A stretch of DNA of 64,000 nt from Escherichia phage SmurfNell. Made by a program: the position numbers and the translations under genes. Of this stretch, positions 53,136 to 63,519 are shown in pieces. How positions within the stretch are numbered: position 1 is the first letter of the stretch; every line of letters starts with the position of its first letter. The notes beneath the pieces were generated by a model that saw only the letters and a list, made by a program, of their open reading frames with translations, ran no database searches and was not told the origin of the DNA. The DNA is taken from the sequence record OR896824.1; one strand, 5' to 3'.

Positions 53136-54137
53136 TTATTCTGTTTCGGTGTTAGTGGTAAAGGTAGAAATATCGATACCTTTTACCATTTCGTCGATCA
53201 TTTCCGCAATATTGAAACTCTGTACCATTTCCAACATTGCCGCTTCCATTGCCGCGCCTGCTACCGCTTTCGCTTTCTGATTAGTCGGGGCGTACTGGTC
53301 AACCGCTACGCTTAACAGGTTAGTGATCACTACGCGACCAATCGGAGTATCAATATAACCTTTAATCATAAACGGCGCTTTTTTAGCCGCTACTTTTGTG
53401 ATTTGAGTCAATGCAATTTTACCCGCTTCCAGTTTAGCAGCGTTTACAACGGCAGATTTGTTAGCAGCAACGATAGAAGATACTTTAGACATAATATTTC
53501 CTTTATTTTCAGTAGTTTGCGCATTTGCGCTTGAAGTTTGAGAGTTTACAGCCTGTTTTGCTACGTTGTCAAGCGGTAAAAGTGTAAATCCAGCATTTGC
53601 AACGTTTGATTCATTCCCATACTCTAAATAATCGTTAGGGATCAACATGTTACCGCTAGCGCGTTCAAAGCACAATACGCCAGTTGTTTCGATTGCGTCA
53701 CTATCAGCACCTTTATAACTGGATGATAATTCACGCCAGATACTATTTAATAACGATCCGACACTATCCAATCTGATATTATTTATTTTTGTTGCTGTTA
53801 CCTGCTCCTTTTCTTGCACGTTATATAATCGCGCAATGTAACCACTATGAGACTCACTATAACCAACAATGATAAAATCAATATCAGTTCCCCGACTATT
53901 ACGGAAAATGTGATAATCACGGTTGAAAATTACTAGCGCCCTTGTCTGGTCTAGTAATAGCGTGAAATCATCGACTGAATAATGAGTATCATTATTATCT
54001 AAAATATCCTCGTGAATTTTTTCAACCATTGCGGCGGTGTGCTGAATACTTGCCGCACTACTACCATCTAGCAGGTTGCGCAAACTACCTTTAACAATAG
54101 TTGCGTTTGCTGGTACTGCAATTCTTACAGTAGACAT
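53136..54137 (-). CDS. hypothetical protein
   Basis: 333 aa ORF, first gene of the leftward unit. Confidence 0.55.
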   Translation of the reverse strand: MSTVRIAVPANATIVKGSLRNLLDGSSAASIQHTAAMVEKIHEDILDNNDTHYSVDDFTLLLDQTRALVIFNRDYHIFRNSRGTDIDFIIVGYSESHSGYIARLYNVQEKEQVTATKINNIRLDSVGSLLNSIWRELSSSYKGADSDAIETTGVLCFERASGNMLIPNDYLEYGNESNVANAGFTLLPLDNVAKQAVNSQTSSANAQTTENKGNIMSKVSSIVAANKSAVVNAAKLEAGKIALTQITKVAAKKAPFMIKGYIDTPIGRVVITNLLSVAVDQYAPTNQKAKAVAGAAMEAAMLEMVQSFNIAEMIDEMVKGIDISTFTTNTETE

Positions 54138-54386
54138 TTCTTTGTCTCCATCATTAATCGGTGAGTGAATGATATAGATAATTGTTCGCTAGGGGCAAGA
54201 AAAAAGAAAAGGTTTTTTATTCCTTGCCTAACGCTTGTTTTTATGCTAATCGCGCGTTTTCTATTTCTAGCTATCTGTAAGCGTACACAAGGCTTTATTA
54301 TAATAAGGGTAGCAGTGAGAAAACGCCGTGTAGCGTGTTCTAGGCCGCTTAAATTTGATTGCGGTTGTTACTGCTACCATTCTACC

Positions 54387-54402
54387 CTGTATATTTATAC
54401 AG
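54387..54402. repeat. palindrome CTGTATATTTATACAG (copy 2)
   Basis: Same dyad core as 50369-50386. Confidence 0.6.
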
Positions 54403-54424
54403 TAGGATAACCTGTATATAAGTC

Positions 54425-54433
54425 TGTGGATAA
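54425..54433 (-). promoter_or_regulatory. DnaA box (TGTGGATAA)
   Basis: Exact reverse complement of TTATCCACA. Confidence 0.5.
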
Positions 54434-54473
54434 GTCGCCAAATCGTCGCCTATTGCGTCAAGTTATTTTGTGC

Positions 54474-54482
54474 TGTGGATAA
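54474..54482 (-). promoter_or_regulatory. DnaA box (TGTGGATAA)
   Basis: Second exact copy 49 bp from the first; one-mismatch copy AGTGGATAA near 54758. Confidence 0.5.
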
Positions 54483-54810
54483 CTTTGTGAATAACCTAAA
54501 TGATAGTGGTTCTCACTTAGCCGATAGTTTCTTATAGTTATTATTTCTCTTTAATTTATATGTATATTATATAATATAAAATAGTTAGTTGGCTAATAGG
54601 TTTTTAGAGTATTAATAGTCTGCTAACTGTTTCGGCTGTTACAATCCACCAGCGTGATCATCATCCTAGCGATTATTAGTCTGCTAATGATCTGATACAC
54701 GTCCAGACTTATTTGTCAATGCAAAATAATAGCAGAAAATACTTTTTTGAAAAATCAAGTGGATAACTCATTAAATTTCATTTTTGCTTTTTGTATAAGT
54801 TATTAACAGC

Positions 54811-54842
54811 CCCTAAAACGCTCTGTAAGCGATTCTAAGCGC
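54811..54842 (+). repeat. 30 bp direct repeat (copy 2)
   Basis: CCTAAAACGCTCTGTAAGCGATTCTAAGCGCC, near-identical to 50419-50448. Confidence 0.6.
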
Positions 54843-55244
54843 CTCAAAGGAAAAGATAAGCAATCATAAGGGGTACACCGAGAAAACCTCACCACGAGGA
54901 TTTTAGATTTTGTCAAGTAGGCAAGAGCAGATATAAATGAAAAAATTACTTGCTAAAATGGTTGTTTTAGTGTTATTCGCGCGCTCGTTTCATTAAATTT
55001 AGTGCGCCGCTGGATGTTTGCGGAGACTGGTTTTCTTTACGTTTCTTTACAAAAATAAGGTTGCGCCCTTCTCGGTATTCTCCTATTATTTATCACGTAG
55101 GGCGGCAATGACGAACTACACGGCGGGGATAACAGCGATTGACAGTCTGTTTGACCTTTCAAAACCCTGCCATGCTCTTTAAAAATTAGGGAACATCTTA
55201 AAGCCTATCGGCGGTAAACTTAGATATTATAAGGAATCGACGAT

Positions 55245-55454
55245 ATGAAACAAACGCTTTTGATCACTGGCAAGCCTATCAAGTCACTTGATAGCAGAAC
55301 AAAAAATTTGTTGACAGTAGCGCAAAGATCGGTAAAATACCGATTCAAGCAATACAAGAAAGGTAAGCAGCAAGGTCTGGAAATGGTGTGGCGTAATATA
55401 ATGATTGATTTATATAACTCACATCAAATCGAAAAAAGTTTAAAAAACGCTTGA
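55245..55454 (+). CDS. hypothetical protein
   Basis: 69 aa basic ORF with AAGGAA RBS. Confidence 0.4.
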   Translation: MKQTLLITGKPIKSLDSRTKNLLTVAQRSVKYRFKQYKKGKQQGLEMVWRNIMIDLYNSHQIEKSLKNA

Positions 55455-55620
55455 CACGCTAGCCGATAGGTTTTAAGATGTTCCCCGTAGTAACTGCTCT
55501 TTAACAATTTGGAAAAACGGTAATGTTTAGGCTAACTCCTAGCGGATTATAATCTAATAGCGTTTCAAAGTATCGAGGCGCTATTGTGGAATAATCCCCC
55601 AATAAACCGGAGTATTAAAA

Positions 55621-55872
55621 ATGCAAAACGTTATTACCGCGCCGAAAGTAGGTCAATCTGTATTCATTCCTTTTGTTACTAAAACGGATGAATTAACCGG
55701 AAAAGTCGAACGTATTAAAGGTGCGGCGCTTGATCCTTTCGATAAAATCGAAGCGGTCTACGCGGAAACGGAACGTAGCAACAACGGCAAGCCTATTTAT
55801 AATGTTCGCGTTAAATCTGGCGACGTTGTAAAGATCATTCAGAAGGATGATAAATGGCAAGCCATAGCATAA
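55621..55872 (+). CDS. hypothetical protein
   Basis: 83 aa ORF. Confidence 0.45.
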   Translation: MQNVITAPKVGQSVFIPFVTKTDELTGKVERIKGAALDPFDKIEAVYAETERSNNGKPIYNVRVKSGDVVKIIQKDDKWQAIA

Positions 55873-55972
55873 ATTAGTGTTACTTTTATATTCCCCTGAA
55901 ATATGGGGAATATATGGATTAACATTAGTTAATCATAATCCCTTAATTAATAATTGAATGGAGTATTAAATT

Positions 55973-56389
55973 ATGTCTAACGTTAAAACCGAAAAAACCG
56001 CAAAATTCTCTTGGAGCGAAGAAAACACCGAAAAAGCTGTTTCTATGTATTCTGAAATGGTTGCTAAAAGCGGCATTGAATTTGCTAACAGTGACGGCCT
56101 AAAAGAAATTGCCGCCGCCGTTGGCGCTGCTAGTCCGGTGTCTGTACGTTCTAAACTGACAAGCGCAAAAGCGTACCAGAAAAGTGATAAACCGCGTAAA
56201 GTTGGCGGCGGGTCTAGTGTCCGTAAAGCTCACTATGTGCGCGTCATTGCTAAACATGCCATTGATAGCGGCATTGTAAAAGACGCTGACGATCTGGCAA
56301 GTCTTGAAAGTGCAAAACTGGAAACGCTGGACGCCGTAGCGCAATTGTTAGGCGTAGCGGAGGAAGTAAAACAGGCCGCAGGTGAATAA
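55973..56389 (+). CDS. hypothetical protein
   Basis: 138 aa ORF. Confidence 0.5.
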   Translation: MSNVKTEKTAKFSWSEENTEKAVSMYSEMVAKSGIEFANSDGLKEIAAAVGAASPVSVRSKLTSAKAYQKSDKPRKVGGGSSVRKAHYVRVIAKHAIDSGIVKDADDLASLESAKLETLDAVAQLLGVAEEVKQAAGE

Positions 56390-56429
56390 ATTTTAATTAG
56401 CGGGGAATATTCCCCGCTATAATTTCCCT

Positions 56430-56675
56430 TTGACCGGAGTTATTAAAATGATTTTCTTTCCTAGTGAAGCGTTTATTTTAGGTTTATTTATAGTTGCCGC
56501 TATATTTATATTTAATTACGGCAAATATATAATCTCTATTATCGGCATTAATTCAGCTTATGCCGCTGATATGTTTAAACGTCAAGCTAATAAACAAAAA
56601 TATCTGGCGATTATATTTTTAACGCTGGCTATTAGTTGCGGGTTTAGTTCTAGTCTTATGCCAATTCTAGAATAA
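56430..56675 (+). CDS. small membrane protein
   Basis: Two TM helices. Confidence 0.45.
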   Translation: MTGVIKMIFFPSEAFILGLFIVAAIFIFNYGKYIISIIGINSAYAADMFKRQANKQKYLAIIFLTLAISCGFSSSLMPILE

Positions 56676-56783
56676 TATTGCAAATTATAACGCCTTTTAA
56701 ATTGTCCTCACTTCAGGCAAGGCGTTATATTTGGCAATATTGCCAGTATTAATATTTATCCCTTTATAGGAGTTGATTTAGTT

Positions 56784-58448
56784 ATGAATATTTCCGCAGA
56801 AAAACAAGCTCAAATTCTGAAAATGGCCGCAGATTTTAACTTCTACGGTAAGCGTTTACGCGCTACTAAATTGGAAGTTTGCGACGATATTTCAAAAGCT
56901 GTTTATGATACGCCGAAACATTCGACCGCAATTTGTGACTGGCTGGAAGCAAATAAGCCAGCGAAACCTAAAGCGGCAAAAGCTGAAAAGGCGATTAAAA
57001 ATGATGATCGCCCCGAAGCGGCGGGAATTGTTTCTAGTACCGTTGAACAATGGGAAGTTAAATCCGGTCGCCGTTTTATTCTAACGTCGATTCAAAATAA
57101 TACTTTCCCGCATAAAAACTTTTTAGCAAGTCTGGAAAAATTCGCTGAATATTGCGGCGCTGAATTGCTGATTAGTAAATTCATTTATAATAAAAATGGA
57201 TTCCAGAACGGGGAAGGGGCAAACGGTATTAAATACGATCCCGCATTTGATAAATATGTTTGTGATAAAAACGTATTTTTAAATAACCGCCGCTTTGCTT
57301 TCATGGCTGAAATTAACGTTTTACCAACGGCAGATTATCCGCTTTCAGGATTCGCAGAAACCGCCACGGCTTTAAATATCGAAGGTCTGGCAATTGGTCA
57401 CGCAAAAATTACCGCTGAAAGTGTTCCCGCGCTTAAAGGTGAAGTAGTGCGCCGTATGTATTCAACCGGAACGGCTACGCTTAAAAACTACATTCAGCAG
57501 AAAGCAGGTCAAAAAGCTGAGGCTTTACATAATTACGGCGCTTTGCTGGTGGAGTTCGACGACGACGGAGAATTTTATTGCCGCCAGCTTGAAACAATGG
57601 ATGAAAGCGGAATGTTCTATGATTTGAATGTTTGCGCTATGCCTACCGGATGTTTTGAAACGTCCGATCATGTTCTAGGCTTGCAATATGGCGATATTCA
57701 CGCCGAAAAACTAGATGATGATTGCGCCGTCGCTTCATGGGCTAGTGAAAACAGCTTGCTTGATATTCTTAAACCGAAATATCAATTTATTCATGATGTG
57801 CATGATTTTACATCGCGTAACCATCACAACCGCGCTAGTGGTGTATTCCTTGCGAAACAATACGCCGCCGGACGTGATAAAGTTATTGATGATCTTATTG
57901 ATACGGGTCGCGTATTAGAGTCTATGGAGCGTGATTTCTCTCAAACAATCATTGTGGAATCTAACCATGATTTAGCTCTTTCACGCTGGCTTGATGATCG
58001 TAACGCTAACATTAAAGATGATCCCGCAAACGCGGAATTGTATCACCGTCTAAACGCTGCGATTTACGCCGCTATTGCTGAAAAAGATGATACCTTTAAC
58101 GTGCTAGATTACGCCTTGCGTAGTGTCGCAGGTTGCGAATTTAACGCTATTTTCCTGACTACTGACCAGTCATTTAAAATCGCTGGCATTGAATGCGGCG
58201 TACACGGTCACAATGGCATTAACGGCAGTCGGGGCAATCCTAAGCAGTTTAAAAAGTTGGGACGCCTTAACACTGGTCACACTCACACGGCTAGCATTTA
58301 CGGCGGCGTTTATACCGCTGGCGTGGCGGGGTCGCTTGATATGGGCTACAACGTGGGCGCGTCAAGCTGGACGCAAACGCATTTAATTACCTATGCAAAC
58401 GGGCAACGTACTTTGATTGATTTCAAAAACGGTAAATTCTTTGCATAA
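56784..58448 (+). CDS. A1-like pre-early protein with metallophosphoesterase motifs
   Basis: 554 aa; GDIH, SNHD and GHTH motifs; size and context resemble T5 A1 (recalled as about 556 aa). Confidence 0.5.
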   Translation: MNISAEKQAQILKMAADFNFYGKRLRATKLEVCDDISKAVYDTPKHSTAICDWLEANKPAKPKAAKAEKAIKNDDRPEAAGIVSSTVEQWEVKSGRRFILTSIQNNTFPHKNFLASLEKFAEYCGAELLISKFIYNKNGFQNGEGANGIKYDPAFDKYVCDKNVFLNNRRFAFMAEINVLPTADYPLSGFAETATALNIEGLAIGHAKITAESVPALKGEVVRRMYSTGTATLKNYIQQKAGQKAEALHNYGALLVEFDDDGEFYCRQLETMDESGMFYDLNVCAMPTGCFETSDHVLGLQYGDIHAEKLDDDCAVASWASENSLLDILKPKYQFIHDVHDFTSRNHHNRASGVFLAKQYAAGRDKVIDDLIDTGRVLESMERDFSQTIIVESNHDLALSRWLDDRNANIKDDPANAELYHRLNAAIYAAIAEKDDTFNVLDYALRSVAGCEFNAIFLTTDQSFKIAGIECGVHGHNGINGSRGNPKQFKKLGRLNTGHTHTASIYGGVYTAGVAGSLDMGYNVGASSWTQTHLITYANGQRTLIDFKNGKFFA

Positions 58449-58500
58449 TTAAATTTAATCGGCGGTTGAAATATACCGCCATTAATAAAAGGTTTATTAA

Positions 58501-58758
58501 ATGAATATTGTATTACCTAAAACACTGGATAAAAAGCAGTATATAACGCCGGATGATATGGAATGCGGCAAGGTATACCAATTCGATTATATGTTGGCTA
58601 GTCCGACGAATACAGGTTGTATTATTGCAGTTGATACCCGTGATAATGACGTATTAACGTTTAATGATTATTCTGACTTTATGGAATGGTTAGATGATCA
58701 AAGTATTACTAATAACGGCGAATTAACGCCGTATCAATTAACAATTGCAATTAAATAA
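58501..58758 (+). CDS. hypothetical protein
   Basis: 85 aa ORF. Confidence 0.45.
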   Translation: MNIVLPKTLDKKQYITPDDMECGKVYQFDYMLASPTNTGCIIAVDTRDNDVLTFNDYSDFMEWLDDQSITNNGELTPYQLTIAIK

Positions 58759-58794
58759 GTTAATCCCGTAATTAAATAATCTGGAGTCATAAAC

Positions 58795-59187
58795 ATGAAA
58801 AACCAAAACATTCCTTTTGATCGTGCTACTTCTTCCATCGTTCTAGTTTATTCTAATGGCGAACGTTATCACGTCGAGGCGGGGCAAGTTAATTTCGATT
58901 TGCTGAATTATAACGACGCTTTGCAGGTTACTACCTTTGCTTATGATACCGGCAAAGTGGCAAGCCATACAAAAGCAAAAGGCGTTTACGCTGATACTTT
59001 GACAGTGCAAACAATTATTATTGATGCGCTTAAATCCGGTCTAGCGTTTGCAGTTGTTAAGCCGTGTCCGGTCTGCAATCCCGAAGCTAGCGCGATGGTT
59101 TACACTTGCGCGGGGATTCGCTCTAGCGTACATGGTGAAGATCTTAGCTTTATCGCCGATGCTCTCGCTTTTGGTCTGGCGTTCTAA
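58795..59187 (+). CDS. hypothetical pre-early protein
   Basis: 130 aa ORF between the A1-like and HAD phosphatase genes. Confidence 0.45.
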   Translation: MKNQNIPFDRATSSIVLVYSNGERYHVEAGQVNFDLLNYNDALQVTTFAYDTGKVASHTKAKGVYADTLTVQTIIIDALKSGLAFAVVKPCPVCNPEASAMVYTCAGIRSSVHGEDLSFIADALAFGLAF

Positions 59188-59274
59188 TAGTTAATTGAAC
59201 ATTGCCAGCTAATCTAATATAATTAGCTGGCAAGATTGAATTAACCTAAATCCCTTAAATGGAGAATGTAACAA

Positions 59275-60009
59275 ATGAATCAAGTCAATATGAATATTAC
59301 CCGCACTTTCCCGCATATTTCCCGCGTTATGATTTGGGATTTAGACGGTACAATCATTAACTCAATGCACCGTGTCGGGCCTTGTTTTGATGATAATGGG
59401 AATTTAGATTTAAATAAATATTCCCGCGAAGCCTGCAAGCATGATTTAATTATGCAGGATTCTTTATTGCCATTGGTTGAATATATGCGCCAATGTATGA
59501 ATGATCCCAATACCTTAAACCTTATTTGTACCGCTCGCTTAATGGGTAAATCTGATTATTATTTCTTGCGTAAACAAAGTCTAAGAGGGCGCGGAAATAG
59601 TAATATTCGCGTATTTTCCCGCGATACATTACATAAATACTTTGAAGCTGGTAAGGTTAGCGAAATATATCACAGCAAAGACGCTGTATATAAGTCTTAT
59701 TACTTTGAACTGTTTAAACAGCTATATCCTAACGCTGATTTTACGATGATTGATGATCATAAAGGTGTATTATCAGCGGCGGCAAGTGCTGGATTTAAAA
59801 CGCTGGACGCTCAAGCCGTTAACGATATCCTATCAATCGGCGTAACATTGATCGGTGAAACCTTTATTGATGAATCGCTTGATGATGATAACGATTATCA
59901 ATTCCTAGCCGAACGTTTAAAAATGTGTTGGGAAGGTATGACCGAGGAAGAACGCGAGGAATATAGTACCACACCTCAACAATTCATTGATAAATTAAAA
60001 GTTGCCTAA
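59275..60009 (+). CDS. HAD-superfamily 5'-deoxynucleotidase-like (Dmp-like)
   Basis: HAD motif I IWDLDGTII near the N-terminus; 244 aa. Confidence 0.5.
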   Translation: MNQVNMNITRTFPHISRVMIWDLDGTIINSMHRVGPCFDDNGNLDLNKYSREACKHDLIMQDSLLPLVEYMRQCMNDPNTLNLICTARLMGKSDYYFLRKQSLRGRGNSNIRVFSRDTLHKYFEAGKVSEIYHSKDAVYKSYYFELFKQLYPNADFTMIDDHKGVLSAAASAGFKTLDAQAVNDILSIGVTLIGETFIDESLDDDNDYQFLAERLKMCWEGMTEEEREEYSTTPQQFIDKLKVA

Positions 60010-60166
60010 CAATTAAAAATAAAATAGTCACACTGTGTAATGATAACATGGTGTGACTATTAGCTTGCTAAGTAAGGGGCGGTAATGAGACTCATTCTCA
60101 TCTAGGGAACCTCTGGGCACACCTTCATGTGTAATCTTATGAGATTTGGCAAAAGTCAAATTAGCG

Positions 60167-60463
60167 CTATTTACGGACTGACTGCTTGAGAATAGACTGC
60201 CATAGAGGGTCAGTCTTAACAAGATTATTGATGTACTCAATAGCTTCATCAAATCTCATAAATCCTTCTGGAATTTCCGAAGACTTAGGAAAAACTTGTA
60301 ACATCTCTTGGGTGATACCCATCTTTTCAAGTTCTTCTTGAGTTATCTCAAACTTACCGAAAAACCGCCCGAATTCTTTCATGAGCTTCTCCTGTCTACC
60401 GGCTTGTCTCCTGATTCTGACATACGAAATCTCCTCCGCGATGCCCGAGATCCATCCGACCAC
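60167..60463 (-). CDS. hypothetical protein
   Basis: 98 aa ORF in a GC-rich patch. Confidence 0.35.
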   Translation of the reverse strand: MVGWISGIAEEISYVRIRRQAGRQEKLMKEFGRFFGKFEITQEELEKMGITQEMLQVFPKSSEIPEGFMRFDEAIEYINNLVKTDPLWQSILKQSVRK

Positions 60464-60616
60464 TCTCGCTCAAACTCCTCCCGTTTCTCCGCAAACCTCC
60501 GCTCCCTTTCCGAAAGCTCCCGCGATACTCCCGCAACATATTCACGATGCTTGTTAATAGCCCCGAGTGTTCCGAAGATTCCCGCAAGTACCCCGATAAT
60601 GAAGATAGCTACAAAG

Positions 60617-60811
60617 CTAAACATCTAATTCCCTCTCAAGTTGGTGAATACGTGCCCGATCATTACATTGGGAGTCCAGTAACTTATCCATATTAATATT
60701 AAGCTGGGTGACTTTATCCTCTAGCCGCTGTATACGGTTGCGATGTGAAGTCATATATCCAACAATCCAGACAAGCCATACTACAAGTGTAATAAATCCT
60801 AACCAATCCAT
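60617..60811 (-). CDS. small membrane protein
   Basis: N-terminal TM helix WLGFITLVVWLVWIVGY. Confidence 0.4.
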   Translation of the reverse strand: MDWLGFITLVVWLVWIVGYMTSHRNRIQRLEDKVTQLNINMDKLLDSQCNDRARIHQLERELDV

Positions 60812-60987
60812 TATTTGTCTCCCCGCAGCTTACGTTCTATACGGGCTAAGTGGTTATCTAGAATGCACTGCCCGATAATTACCACAACTAGTAAAGCAAT
60901 AATCACTACTTCCATTATAACCACCCCGCCATAGCTGCTAACCAAAAGAGTACAAAGATAAAGAATAACACAGTCCCGAATCCGAAA

Positions 60988-61302
60988 CTATTTATCCAAC
61001 TTTCGTACACTTCCCCGCGTCTGTTCTTTCTTCTGTTGTCGTCTGACATCTCTTTGCTTCTCCTGTAGTCCTGGTATTTGGAATATCCTAGCAATTGCAC
61101 GAACCATTATGACCGTCCCGATAAGATCCATTACTTCATCGAAGCCGGATTCTTCTAGTAAGAAGGATGTTCCCATCACATCTTCCATTGTATCTTCTAT
61201 GACGTCTTGAATGATTTCGTTAATTGCATCATGTATTGCTTTAGTCCTGGGATCTATTTCAAAGTTAACAGGTTCCTGAAAGGACTTTTCTTCATCTTGC
61301 AT
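60988..61302 (-). CDS. acidic hypothetical protein
   Basis: 104 aa ORF. Confidence 0.4.
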   Translation of the reverse strand: MQDEEKSFQEPVNFEIDPRTKAIHDAINEIIQDVIEDTMEDVMGTSFLLEESGFDEVMDLIGTVIMVRAIARIFQIPGLQEKQRDVRRQQKKEQTRGSVRKLDK

Positions 61303-61376
61303 TGTGTTTGCTACCTGTACCTCATCCCAGAAATAAAAATTTTTGTTTACTTCGAGATCTTTTTACTTTATACTAA

Positions 61377-61643
61377 TTACAAGTGACCAGATTGTTCTAG
61401 TTTAAATTTGCAATCGCCATATTTGAGATCAAACTGTGACAAATCCCACCACCCAAACTTAGTGCGTAACTGAGTTTTAGGGAATCGGTAGCCCACAGTA
61501 CGTGCTTCTCGAATATCTAAAGCATAGTGTTCTTCACCAACATGACCATAAGACTTCACATATGCCTTACAAAATGGCTCGGGAGCTGGCACACAACCCG
61601 TCAACACTACTGCTGCAACTACGATGGCTAGTAACTTTTTCAT
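61377..61643 (-). CDS. Llp-like lipoprotein (candidate receptor-blocking superinfection-exclusion protein)
   Basis: Signal peptide with lipobox AVVLTGC; divergently transcribed from the adjacent large tail-protein gene. Confidence 0.5.
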   Translation of the reverse strand: MKKLLAIVVAAVVLTGCVPAPEPFCKAYVKSYGHVGEEHYALDIREARTVGYRFPKTQLRTKFGWWDLSQFDLKYGDCKFKLEQSGHL

Positions 61644-61726
61644 AATCGTTCCTCTGTTTAATTTATAAATATATTATAGCAAAATAGAGGGATCTAAGCA
61701 AATACATTTTTAAAGAAGGAGATTGT

Positions 61727-63508
61727 ATGAGTTTTTTCGCAGGAAAATTTAGTGATGGTAAAACTGTATTATCTCTAAACGCTGCTAATGGTGGTGATAT
61801 AAATCAGCACTACTCTCCAAATACTAATAGTATCTTCCACTCAGATATGCCATTTGTCCTAGTTGATGGGACTTACGAGGCTGCTCTAGGTGATGCAGGT
61901 AATGGGTATTTTGTTACTCAGATGCCTTGGGATATTATAAACATTAAATCCAATGATCCTGGTAGAGTTATACTAACTGCTATTGAGATAAACGGTACTC
62001 ATAGAGGATTCCTCAATGGTACTCAATCTCAGGTTGGCCAGATGCTAAACTTTTTTGAAGATCAACCACGTGCTGGCGCTGAGTTAGCTCTAACTTCTGC
62101 TTTTGCAATCGGTGATAGTCTAGCTCATGGTACTTATACGTATAATGGTAGTCTTGGTCATGAGGAATCTATTGCTCGGCAAGGAACTGGAGGTACTTTA
62201 CTACAGTCTTCCGGTTTCCAGATCTATAGACCTGGTGGTGTTTCTGCTGGTGAAGCCATTGCCAGAGCCTGGGCTCTTATTGGGTTTCCTTCAGGAGTTT
62301 CAGTACCTCCACTAGATGCAGCAAATACAGATTATTGGGATCCTAACTGGCAGGCGCCTATTGGATCTGCTGGCAGAGGGCATGATCATTTTTATGTATG
62401 TAACTCTAATATACGTGGATTTGTAGGTAAAAAAGGGGAGATACCTTCTAATGTAAACATTAACTACCAATCCCCCTCCTTTCCTACTAAAGTATATGTT
62501 TGTAGGGGTTCTACGACTAATATGGCTGCGCAAGCCACTAGAAAGGTATATGTACAGGACTGGTATAACGTTACTCCTACTAAGGTTATTTGGTATGTGC
62601 TAAATCTGCGCTATTCTAATGGTAATATGGGAGTTTCTGGTAATCCATTTACTGGTTCTGATATCCTTATTTCTCCCTCTAATTTTACTATTAAAGGGGT
62701 TAGTTTACCAAATACAGGATATAAATTCATTAACCAGAATGCCTTTGGAAACTTAGGCTATCGCCCTGATATGGAGTATGTTGGTAATAATGCTGCATAT
62801 ACTGGAGTTTTTGGTGATAATACTGCACGATGTGAATTTATAGGCTCCAGTAATGGTGGATTGTGGTCACCCATTAACTATGGAGGTGCAGCTTCCCAAA
62901 TTAGCCTTTATAAATTTGGTGTAGGTAAACAATGGTATGTAGATACTAATACTAACTCCATTGGTAATGAACATGGACCTGTATGGAGTCCTAGTACAGT
63001 ACCTTTAAGGTTATTCCCTAGCAATGTTGTCAGTACTTATGTTGGGGATGACCTCAATCCATCTTATCCTGCAGCAGGTGATTACTACCAGCCTTTAGCA
63101 ACAGTCTGGTTAGGACTGCCTAACACCAACTCTACTATCATATTAACTACCGAAGTTATTATGGGCAACATTAACACTGCGGGACAACGTGTTAGTACAT
63201 ACAGTGGGCAGGCCTGGCGTGTACAAGGTAGACGCCAACAGAGTTACACTGCGGGGGATGGTATATTTCACCAAATCCTTACCCTACCACCTGGCTATCT
63301 AGTACCATATCACAGTACAACTTCCTATAGTTACACACAAACTTGGGCTAGTAGACCTAATGAGATGGCTTTTCGTAGAAATGGGTATATTTATACAGTA
63401 AAAAACCTTGGTAACGGTAACGTTGAATTAGGAGTTATTATCCATGCTGCCGAAGCAGCTGCTATCTTCTTACCAAGACTACGTGTAACAGTTCAACGCC
63501 TAACCTAA
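61727..63508 (+). CDS. putative receptor-binding tail protein (pb5/Oad-like by position)
   Basis: 593 aa Gly/Asn/Ser/Thr/Tyr-rich protein; assignment rests on synteny with the lipoprotein gene. Confidence 0.4.
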   Translation: MSFFAGKFSDGKTVLSLNAANGGDINQHYSPNTNSIFHSDMPFVLVDGTYEAALGDAGNGYFVTQMPWDIINIKSNDPGRVILTAIEINGTHRGFLNGTQSQVGQMLNFFEDQPRAGAELALTSAFAIGDSLAHGTYTYNGSLGHEESIARQGTGGTLLQSSGFQIYRPGGVSAGEAIARAWALIGFPSGVSVPPLDAANTDYWDPNWQAPIGSAGRGHDHFYVCNSNIRGFVGKKGEIPSNVNINYQSPSFPTKVYVCRGSTTNMAAQATRKVYVQDWYNVTPTKVIWYVLNLRYSNGNMGVSGNPFTGSDILISPSNFTIKGVSLPNTGYKFINQNAFGNLGYRPDMEYVGNNAAYTGVFGDNTARCEFIGSSNGGLWSPINYGGAASQISLYKFGVGKQWYVDTNTNSIGNEHGPVWSPSTVPLRLFPSNVVSTYVGDDLNPSYPAAGDYYQPLATVWLGLPNTNSTIILTTEVIMGNINTAGQRVSTYSGQAWRVQGRRQQSYTAGDGIFHQILTLPPGYLVPYHSTTSYSYTQTWASRPNEMAFRRNGYIYTVKNLGNGNVELGVIIHAAEAAAIFLPRLRVTVQRLT

Positions 63509-63519
63509 AGGAGGATATA

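Noticed and set aside
60379-60624. Overlapping minus-strand ORFs 60379..60624 and 60396..60587 in the GC-rich patch
   Set aside because: They overlap each other and 60167..60463 in different frames; the Arg/Ser-rich translations suggest frames opened by GC-rich sequence. Only the least-overlapping candidates were kept, at low confidence.
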